Shown here piece by piece: positions 53,780 through 64,000 of a DNA stretch of 64,000 nucleotides. Location of the stretch: NCBI RefSeq assembly GCF_009914755.1, contig NC_060932.1, one strand, 5' to 3'. The position numbers and the translations under genes are program-made. How positions within the stretch are numbered: the stretch's first letter is position 1; each line of letters begins with the position of its first letter. Below the pieces are notes generated by a model. It ran no database searches. It was given only the letters and a program-made list of their open reading frames with translations, and was not told where the DNA came from. This DNA comes from the human T2T-CHM13v2.0 reference genome, Homo sapiens.

Positions 53780-54973
53780 AGAACAACAGTGCTGTTTTAA
53801 AAGACTACAGTGGACCCAAATTATGGTCGTGTAATCAGTCAACAACATATTTAAAGTGAAATCAGATGTCTGTCTCCACTAGGAATCTGATGATCCTCTA
53901 ATTATCCCCTAGTGCAGATGTTGGCAAGCTATTAATAAAAAGCGTTATTAGGAATAGTGGCAGCAGTTAGTAAATGCTGATATAAGCAAGTTCAAAGCTG
54001 CTCTCTCCAAACATATCTTTCCAAAGGCAAATGTAAGTCAAGTTAATCTAACAGCCTTCTATCACAGCCAAATCTGAGCGGATCTGAATAGTTCTTGATA
54101 GTCATCCATACAATGACCTCCCCCAGTCTGTATCATTTTTAAAACTCTTCCTTTTTATGTAAGTCTCATTCCTGAAAGAATATATAACATTATTCCAGAT
54201 GGCTTTGAATAAATAGGTATTGTTTCTTATTTATCTTCCTTTGAATCTTAATGAACAATCCGAGTGATAATCGTGCTGTTTTATATTTGTCAGTTTTATA
54301 GTCCTAAGCTTAAATAATCATCAGCAAGTTTGGAAGCAAAAGATGTGTTTTCAATATGACAATAAATTATACATGCTAAATGGTTCTCATTTTATTAAAT
54401 GAAAATTAAGTCCTAAGTTCATATAATCTAAACTATTACATTAATGCAATATTTGGATATTTTACTTATACATCAAAGACGATGATACAACCAGGGCATG
54501 GAAATAAATGAATTGCAGTCCCTCTTCAAATTCAGAATAACTTTATAGTTTCTGTTTCTTAAAATTCTTTACTGCTTTTCATAAGCAACATCTGAGGGAA
54601 TATAACAAACACACATTTACAAAATTAATCATTTGAATATGAATATATAATTGGAGTCTTACCTTGACAACTACCTTTTTATTCAGCAGGTGCATAATTC
54701 CAGGAGCTACACCTAGCATGGACAAAAGGGACCAAGTTCATGTTCTCATGATGTTTGATCCTAGTGGTTAAATGCTGTATTTTATCGCAGTTATTTGTTC
54801 TCAATAACACTTTTTTAAAAATATTGCCATGTTTTTAACACCATTAGCAAGGAAAATTCAATCATATATCAGTAATTTTGAAGATAGGGTATTTCAAGGC
54901 AATTTTTTTTTTGGACATTTAACATCATATTCCATTTTTCATTATCTTCTTCCTGGATTGAGACATTTAGTAA

Positions 54974-55303
<330 letters not shown>

Positions 55304-55789
55304 AGGGATGATTATTTTTATTATGCCTATGTTTTTTTTAAAAAAAATCTTATTTTCAATTCAACACAATCCAAAGTCTTGGCAAATATCAGATACCTTA
55401 AGCTCAAGACCATATTTCCAGACTGCCAAGTCTCCCATTTCCATTAATCCATGTACACATAACCTGGCGTGCTCATGAAACAGAGAGCTCCAGGAAATGG
55501 TCCTGTTTCCAAATCACACTTCCTTCATTCAAATGTGAGCCAAGCAAGCCTCTCACCAAGGTATGAGGGCTTAAAAAGTGAAATCAGCTTTCATGATCTG
55601 AAGGCTTATGTTGCCAAAGTTCCACTTCAAAGCTCTCAGTGTCTTACTGCAATCACTTGCTTGCTTTTCAGGTGTTGTAAATGAAGGCAAGGGACTCACA
55701 GGGTTTCTCACTGAGGAAACTACATTAAGGGCTGGCGACAAAACAAGGCAGGAAGCCTAGGCAGAGTTGCAACTTGAGAGGCAAGGCAA

Positions 55790-56530
55790 AATGGCTCAAT
55801 CTGGACATACAAAGTTGCCTGTCTGGGGAGCATCCAACTGGAAGTATCTGCTAAGCAGATGGATATGCCTTGCTAGAGCTAAGGAGGTTATAGAGTCATC
55901 ACTATAAAGACCACAGCAAAATCCACTACAGAGATATTGCAGGTGAGAAGTCAACAGGGCCAGAGAGGGAACCAGGGGGAGTGCAGATTATTCTTGAAAG
56001 GAAAACAGCCATTAGAGAAGGCGGAGAAAGAGCAATCAGAAAAAAAGGAGGCAGGAATAATTGGTTTCTTAGAAACCAAGAGTGAAAAGAGTTTTAAGAA
56101 AATTATCTACAAAATGCTCCCAAGAGATTGGGTAAAATGAGAGTTTAAAAAAGCGGTGCTTGGGCTAGGGTGTTAGGAAGTCAGTCCCTGGCAATGTTTT
56201 CCAGAATTGATTCAAGGAAGAAGGGAGGGGAAAGCCTGGCCACAGAGACATATGGCAGGGGTGAGGTAGGGAAGGAAAGGCTGATCAGACAGTGCTTTCT
56301 TGCAGCTTAGCTATGAAAGGAAGGAGAGACATGAGCAGGCACAGAATTAAGGAAGGGATTTTTTTGTGGTACAAGAAATCTGTTGTGTTTCTAGACTGTG
56401 AAGAAAGAGCCAGGAGAGAAAAGGCAGTGTAAATGAAGAAGAGAATGAGTAACTGATAGAGCAAGAACTCATAGCAAGTAGAAGGGATGAGATTTAAAGC
56501 AGGAGAGAAGAAATCAGCCTTGAAGATGAG
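55790..56530 (-). mobile_element. L2 internal fragments
   Basis: Purine-rich antisense L2-like sequence (TGGACAT...CATCCAACTGGAAG...GCAGATGGATAT; CAGCTTAGCTATGAAAGGAAGGAGAGA). Confidence 0.55.
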
Positions 56531-56740
56531 GGAAGGGGAAGGAAAGCTGCAGACACAGGCATGACCCTCAGGGTGTTTCCCATTTATTTATTCTCTGACT
56601 TCATAGTTCCATTCGAGTGACACCCAGCCACTGCAAAGTGACTGTGTTTCAGGGCTTCAGCCACCCTTCTGTGAAGAAGTCAGTTGTCCAATTTGAGTGA
56701 GTTATACAAACCTAATTTTAAACAATCTGTAAGCTTAAAA

Positions 56741-57012
<272 letters not shown>

Positions 57013-58769
57013 TTAACATTCTCTTGTTACAGCAAGTAAAGATATTATTAGTTGCCTTGTAGTGGTAATTTATTTGTTTAGTTAGTTACTTAGTTACTCT
57101 GGTAATTGTAACTAGGAGTAGTTAAATTTTTTGGAAACCTCTTTTCCAAAGAAATCGATTAGCACCAATTGTGCTGAAACTAAAACAATTTTATTTGGCA
57201 GGTCTTTACAAAGATTTAGTTGGTAGACTTGAGCTTTCTAAAGGTGTACTTAGAATTGGCAGCTAGCTAATCCTGGGAGGCCATTTTTAAAATCTAGAAT
57301 ACCAAAGTCTTAATGATGTTTTTTAAGGAAAGAATATAAATCAATGTAGCTTACTTTTAAAATGCCATACTCTCTTGTATGACTAATGTCATACTTTCCT
57401 GTAGTAAGATGCAGACGACACTTTGGTGGGTAAATCAGTAGAATGACAGCTTGACATTATTAAACTCTTCTTGAAAGAACAATCGGTTTGTTCAATCTAT
57501 GGTGACCCTGCTATGCCTGTCCTGCTGCTTTCTGGGCAAGTACAAGTCCACACTACCAACGTTCATAGCCAAATGCCAACTCTTCTTTCCTCATGACTAG
57601 TATCAAAACTGTTCACTCTCACTGCAATCAATCATGTGCTGTGAAAAATTTTCACTGTTATCATTAGAAAACAATTGTGAAGTGATTAAAATTCAGAATC
57701 CATTCAAAGATTCAGAAATCGTGTTATTATTAGAATTTTTTTAAGTTCTTGCCCTGCATTTAAATAAACTTATAAGAAAACAAAACATTTGTTCTATGCT
57801 AACACACCTCTCCCAGACTCCCTTTATTATGACTTAATTTAATATTATGTTCTCTCCCTATACAGAGAGTAGGTACAAATGTACAGCCAAACGTTTTTGC
57901 TTTTGTGGGTTTTTTTTTTTGTAAAATTATGGTTAAGAATATTTTTTCCCATATGCTGATCCTTTTCAGAATAGATCTGTTAAAAGTTTTTGAAATATTT
58001 TCTTCCAGGGAAAAAAATCAACAGATGAATTTTTATGCTTCCTAGAGTCAAAAATCAAAGCCACTTTATCTAATGAGTTTGGGGTTTTTCCCTTATTTGT
58101 CATAGAACTAATTTTAATGCCCAAGTATAAACCTGTGCTTTATTACATAAACCTGTTAGAAATTTGTGGGTTTCAATACTTAAAATCCTCAAACTTGACT
58201 ACCTTTCTGTTGTTATTTTTGTTGTTGTTGTTGTTAATAGGCGACCAGCTCCTTCAGGGAAGGGTATGTTTGCTCATCTACTTGTAGGGTCAATTCATAA
58301 CCCCACTCCCTTTCACCCATGACAAGTTCTCCAGCTAGACAGTGGGCAAACCTCCGCACAATCTACTCTAGCTCTTCTCTTCCCAGCCTGGGAACCCATT
58401 CCTTTAAATAACACTCTAAACATCTTAAGCCTGGCCGTGAAATTATAGTCAACTCTTGCCTGTCTCTCAAAACACTGGCAGTACATCAGAAATTGGTAAA
58501 ATAAAGGGCTGCCTCTGGTAGTTTTGCTTCAATGGCTAGTAAGACCTTTGGGTCATTACAGCTCTTCACAGCTTGATGTGCCTGCACTTCAGAGCCCCAT
58601 ATATTTGACTGTAAAAGTATCATTTCAAGTTCACATAAATCCATCAGCTTTTTCCAGGCACTGGCCAAGCTCACATTTAATGGAACGACCTATTCAGGTT
58701 ACAGCAGTAGTGATGATCGAAGCAGACAAATAAAAGACCAGTTGAAGAACAGCCAAAACCTGTCTCTGC

Positions 58770-58993
58770 TCACGTTGCTCTCAAGGTTGCCACGTCCACC
58801 TGACGTGCATCTGCATCCTGCTGCCCTGAGATGTTGCTAAGTGACCAGCAACCAGGCTCAAAAGCTACAACGCCTGCTGCTGCAGTGCAAAAATAAACAG
58901 TTCAGAACGCCAGTTTGGAACCAGTATCAGGAAGCAGTTGGATTTTCTGATGCAAAGGGGTTTTTTGCTTCTGCCTGAGAACAGCCGGTGAGT
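58770..58993 (+). promoter_or_regulatory. Candidate RFX/forkhead promoter with a non-coding first exon ending at a splice donor
   Basis: X-box matches at 58786-58799, 58833-58845 and 58841-58852; TGACGT at 58801; ATAAACA at 58893-58899; CCG|GTGAGT donor at 58987/58988. Non-repetitive and locally CpG-retaining. Confidence 0.45.
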
Positions 58994-59760
58994 CTCACAG
59001 CTCTCTGGGTGATCCCACTCCTCAGGGGGAGACAACAGTTATGTCGGCAGAGTGAAACCGGCTGCTGTCCTTAAGATTTGTGATTGCTACCTTATAGACT
59101 CTTCCATCTCTCTATGTAAATAAACCAAGCCTGGAGAGTCTCAAGGGCACCTCTGTCAAACAAAACAGACTTTGAACTTCTTCTGCTGGAGAGTTTTCTG
59201 GTAACATAATTTTCACTCCAGTAAAGGTACACAAACCAACGTGATGGTGGTGAAGCACAGAAAAGACTGTCATGAGCTGGAGTCGATACGTGTCCAATGG
59301 CTGCTTCAAGCACTTGGATTTCCTATTCCTTAGAGAAGTAGATATAGATTTCGTTATACTTAAAAATCACAAAGTTCTATGCATTTGGTTTCAAGCTAGC
59401 CTTTTTTGTTGATGAAGTAAAATATCAAAGTAGGAATTTTCTATCCAAGTTCAAAAAATGTTGATACTAAGAAAATTAAATTAGATGTGGTTTGCTTACT
59501 TTTGAATATGCAATCATAAAAATAAATACATACATCAACAAAATTGCAAATGGCAAGTTTATCGTGAAATTGTGTAACTCTTCTTCTCTTGATTTAAATA
59601 ACTGGCATTGGCCAGACTGGGTAATTAGAACTCAGCCATTAAATCCAGCTGATAGGAAACTGACAGGAGGTTCTCCTGGCCTTGAGTACCTGATGCCAAC
59701 AGTCAGAATAGAGATGTACAAGTCAGCAAAAGCAGTGTGTGCACATGCATGTGTGTATGT

Positions 59761-59830
59761 GAGAAAGAGAGTAAAAGAGAGAGAAGGAGAGAGAGAGAGA
59801 GAAGGAGAGAGAGAGAGAGAAGGAGGGAGA
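59761..59830. repeat. (GA)n/GAAG purine tract
   Basis: Seen directly. Confidence 0.95.
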
Positions 59831-60019
59831 TTTTGGGTTAACAGACACCACTACCACTCTCTGTGATGCATGTTTGTCTGCAAAGGTGAAGTACGAACAG
59901 ACCCAAAAGCAACAGCAGAAAAAGGAAACTCACTGGGCAGTAGTGACACAGAAGTAAGTAACATTTTGGATATAGGCTATTAGTGATTGGAGAAATAAAC
60001 ATCTCCTTATATACCTCTC

Positions 60020-60355
60020 TGTTATGGACTGAAATATGTCCCTTCAAAATGCAAATGCTCAAGTCCTAACCCCAATACCTCAGAGTATGGCTGTATTTGG
60101 AGACAGTGCCTTTAAAGAGGTCATTAAGGTAAAATGAGATTATATGGGTGGGCCCTAATCCAATGTGACTAGTGTCCTTATAAGAAGAAGAGATTGGAGC
60201 TCAGACAGGCATACACAGAAGGAAGACCATGTGAAAAAAACCAACCCACTGACTCTTGAACTACCAGCCTCTGGAGCTGTGAGGAGCTAAATTCCTGTCG
60301 TTGAAGCTACCTGGCCTGTAGTCCCTTGTCATAGCAGCCCTAAGAAACCAGTACA
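60020..60355 (+). mobile_element. Solo MLT1A0-like LTR
   Basis: TGTTATGGACTGAA ... GAAACCAGTACA termini with the 5-bp near-TSD CTCTC/CTCCC. Confidence 0.9.
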
Positions 60356-61163
60356 CTCCCCTTGACTGACCTCCTCCCAGATATCCAGTAGCTCTTCCTC
60401 TGAATACAGTCAAGTCCCTTCTAGTCTTAATGACCAATAATAGGCAGTGGTTTTGTGATTTCAAGAGCAGGGAGATGGCACCAGGAGAAGGTGGAGAACG
60501 TGTCCCTACCTTCTATGCCTTCCAAAATTCATACTTATCTCCTTTCTGGATTCATAGAAAATCAAGACCAAGTTGTTGTAAAAGAAATACATTTTCTTCA
60601 TTAGACTTTTCTAAAATATTCTACTATCACAAATCAGTCAGACTCCTGTTAGCAGTTCACAGTTTTAACAGGGGAGAGACATTTATAACACATCCCTCTC
60701 AAGAAACAAGAATGTGTTTCTGTCATTGGAAACAAGTCCTGACATCTATGTATCACCTTGGGCAACACAATTATTTCTGTTTTAGTTACATAAAAGAGTC
60801 CTTTTGAAAGAATTACAAAGCATTTACAAATACAAGCAAGTCAAATGATAAGAACAGTTTTCTTTTTCTCCTAAAGCCTATCAAGCAATGGAATTTCATA
60901 ACTGGATATCATTTTTCTCTCTTAGGGAAGATGTCAATTACATATGTAGCAACAGCAATTTTAATAGCAAAATATGCCTACATAAATTCTATGGAACTAT
61001 ATTGTTTGAGGGATTTAATAGCATTACTAAAGAAATTATGTGCATAACAAATGAAAAGCTAACTAATTAAACCAACAGAGGTTGTAAATTTGTCTTTTGT
61101 CCCTAGCTGTAAACAATGAAAAAGGAAGCTCAAATTCAAACATCTACTCTAGTTAATAATTTT

Positions 61164-62027
61164 CTGTGAAAGACAATATTGGTGGATAACCCAACTGACA
61201 TTCAGGCTCCGTTCTCCTTTGCCTGTCTTCACTAGAATCTTTCTTATCCTCCTTTCTAACCTCTCTTGCAATGCAGGGGAACCATGTGCCACACAATGAG
61301 ATGAAAGTAAATGTCTTCACTGTGGGGCATGGGAAGGCTTGTAGAAAGGTGTTTGAATTTTTGATAAAATAAATTAATGAAATTGCACTATCCCTTTTCT
61401 TTCTTCCTCTCCTCAATATGCATGTGATTCTTAGAGGTGTGTAGCCTTCTTGTGATATAAAGGCAATGTGCATAGATATTAATGACTAACACATTGAGGA
61501 TAGTGTAATCAAGACTGGGTGCAGGGAGGGAGGCAGGTGCAGTGGCTCACACGTGTAATCCCAGCACTTTGGGAGGCTGAGGCAGGCAGATCACTTGAGC
61601 CCAAGAGTTTGAGACCAGACTGGGCAACATAGCAAACCCCTGTCTTTACAAAAAATACAAATTACCCAAGCATGGTGGTGTCTGCCTGTAGTCCCAGCTA
61701 CTCCTGAGGTTGAGGGGGGAAGATCACCTGAACCTGGAGGTTGAGGCTGCAGTGAGCTATGATTGTTCCACTGCACTCCAGTCTGGGTGGCAAAGTGAGA
61801 CATTGTCTTAGGGCGAAAAAAAGCAAAAAGAAAGAAAGAGAGTGGGAATAAAAGAATAAGTCTTGCTGGCATTGTTGAGAAACTACAACTAACAAACTAA
61901 CACTAGTGACCATTTGCCTCCAGACTTTCTTTTATACTTTATGAGAAAAATAAACCCCTACCAGTTTAAGGCATTATTAGTTGGATATTCTGCTACTTTT
62001 AAGTGAAATTACTCCCAACTAATTACT
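61164..62027 (+). mobile_element. MLT1J-like LTR interrupted by an AluJ
   Basis: GGGGAACCATGTG...CAATGAGATGAAAGTAAATGTC...; 3' end CTCCAGACTTTC...TGAGAAAAATAAACCCCTA..GTTTAAG. Confidence 0.65.
61532..61838 (+). mobile_element. AluJ
   Basis: J diagnostics TTGAGCCCAAGAG, GGGCAACATAGC and GAGGCTGCAGTGAGCTATGAT. Confidence 0.95.
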
Positions 62028-62084
62028 GTCTCCCTCTGGTTTGTAAGAGGATTGTGCATCTCCACCTATCTATTGTCATATAAC

Positions 62085-62695
62085 TAGCAGTGCTCCCTCA
62101 CTGTGGAAGCAGAACATCCATTCCCTATCGTTGTTAGGCTTGGCCAACTCAGGTACTTTGGCCAATAGGCACCAAGAGTTTTTCCCAACCATCTCATTCT
62201 ATTCCCACTTCCATGAGAATGGTATGTCTGCCATGAGAAGGCCATGGGAATGGCTGCTCCTTCAGCATGTAGTGCAATAATAAGATGAGGTATGGAAAAG
62301 GTGAACAGCAGCCAGCTTATGGTAACCACTGTGCAACATGAGTGAGATTTGGAAGGTTTCTTGTTACCACAGCTTGTTGCAAAGCAGACAAAATACAAAA
62401 CCAATACCAGAAATGGGTGTGGCCATGTGATATGCTTTGACCAATGAAATATGACCTGAAGTGATGTCTGTTGTGACAGGCAAATCACTCAGGGAATTTC
62501 CAGCAGCCTTTTGCTATATTCCCTTTGTAATAAAAATGACTTGTCTGGATCCCAGAGAAGAAATTAGAACAAAGTCCTAAGACCTGACCTGCAGCTGCTG
62601 GCAGGAAAAGTGAATGAGAAATAAAATGTCTCATTCACTTTGGCACTCATAAAATGTCATAAACAATGGCATTATTTTTACTTGAATTACCATAA
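62085..62695 (+). mobile_element. Old MLT1(I/L)-like LTR fragments (probably two)
   Basis: GGCTGCTCCTTCAGC..., TTCTTGTTACCACAGC...AATACA; then GGCCATGTGATATGCTTTGACCAATGAAAT...GTGAATGAGAAATAAA. Confidence 0.55.
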
Positions 62696-62883
62696 TGTGT
62701 GTGTATGTGTGTGTGTGTCTTAATCTTCTTTCTCCTGTTAGTTTGCCATTCTTAGACTCCAAGCCTTATGTCTTAGTCCCAGGGGAGTGAGAAGAGGGTC
62801 ACAGAATCCTGACCTGACCTCTGCTGTACCACTTGGCAGAGATCTGTTGATTTGTCTGTAAAATGAATGTAATAATAAAGTAA

Positions 62884-63186
62884 CATAGCATTTCTCAAAG
62901 AATGTTTTGAATAACCTAACTTCTGCAGGAAGTTAATAGGTGTTGCATGAAGAAAAAAGATAATGTATGATCAACTAAGTCTGAGAGATACTAGGCTAAA
63001 CAAATTCAAGCAGATTTATTACCTTAAGTTTCCTCAGAGCTTTTAATGTGTTAATGTATATTGCAAATCTTGATGGAAGTTTGGTTTTCAGGTCTCCTAA
63101 ACTGTCTTTTGTCTCAGGACCATTTTTATTTTCAGAGCATCTCTTAGAACCAGGGTTTCACATATAATAATTTAGAACACAAGTGT
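62884..63186. mobile_element. hAT-Charlie MITE (MER103-like)
   Basis: CATTTCTCAAAG...GTTAATAGGTGTT...GGCTAAACAAA...CTCAGAGCTTTTAATGTGTTAATGT. Confidence 0.55.
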
Positions 63187-63662
63187 TCTACGAGTGGAAG
63201 TACATATTTGCCTAGAAGTGACCATGCAGCAATGCTTGTGAGCTGCTATTATTGGGAAGAAACCCACACCTGGACTCCAGCAGAGTCATGGGCCTGCCCA
63301 TAAGGACAGTGGTTTCCAGCTCCTGCTCCAAGTAGCAGGTAACCCTTCCCACCAAAGTGGCTTTGCAAGGTCCCTACAGTTCACAGAGAAAGATGATCAC
63401 CTGGAGATCATTCAGTATGCCAAACACCAGGTAATTCAGATTGCAGCCAGAAATGGTAGAACAGCCAGCATTCTGCAGAGCCTTAAACAGAAATTTATTA
63501 TAAAAACCTAGTACTTAAAACTTTACTTCAAGTAAGTGTATAATCAAAGACCAAGAATTCTCTGCAATGAATAGGGCCCTGAGCAAAAATGGCATTCTCA
63601 CCAGATAAAGCCTGCAATAAGAAATAAGGGACATAAAGGTGAGTGTGGAAACTGGAAGAAGG

Positions 63663-63960
63663 GGCTGAACATGGTGGTTCATGCCTGTAATCCCAGCACT
63701 TTGGGAGGCCAAAATGAGATGATTGCTTGAGCCCAGGAGTCTGAGACCAGCCTGGGCAACATAGTGGGACCCCATCTCTACTCAAAAAAAAATTTTTTAA
63801 TCAGCTAGGCATGGTGCACAACTGTAGTACCAGCTACTGGAGAGGCTGAGGTGCGAGGCTCACTTGAACCTAGGAGTTGGAGCTTGCAGTGAGCTATGAT
63901 CATGCCACTGCATCCAGCCTGGGTGACAGAGTGAGACCTTGTCTGAAAAAAAAAAGAAAA
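63663..63960 (+). mobile_element. AluJ
   Basis: GATTGCTTGAGCCCAGGAG, GGGCAACATAGTG and GCAGTGAGCTATGATC, with an A-rich tail. Confidence 0.95.
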
Positions 63961-64000
63961 GAACTGAAACAAGAAAAAGGAACAGTGTAGAAAGTGCAAG

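Noticed and set aside
58486-59313. Short ORFs on both strands around the candidate promoter
   Set aside because: 62-73 aa, no recognisable homology, with stops in the frames a spliced coding exon would need.

Overview
This is primate genomic DNA, most likely human or another catarrhine, judging by the AluY/S/J elements, THE1B and LTR12/ERV9. It is AT-rich and looks intronic or intergenic. Roughly half or more is fossil transposons: Tigger1/3/4, hAT MITEs, MIR, L2, many L1 ages, 12 Alus, and MaLR, ERVL and ERV9 LTRs. I can support no intact protein-coding gene, RNA gene or CRISPR array. The supplied ORFs are transposon debris or chance. Subfamily names come from my recall of consensus sequences, not from a RepeatMasker run. 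I found no new biological system that I can demonstrate. The most unusual structure is a set of local copy-paste scars. A 51-bp copy of DNA from 1.6 kb upstream sits between perfect 21-bp inverted repeats in a TA-rich tract. A 26-bp copy sits in a second TA-rich tract. There is also an orphan L1 5'UTR copy, an inverted duplicate of a MaLR LTR, and a snap-back insertion in an Alu. Other highlights are a tiny L1 carrying a 3' transduction, a TSD-less chimeric Alu marking a probable deletion, a solo LTR12, and a candidate RFX/forkhead promoter with a first-exon splice donor at about 58.8-59.0 kb.
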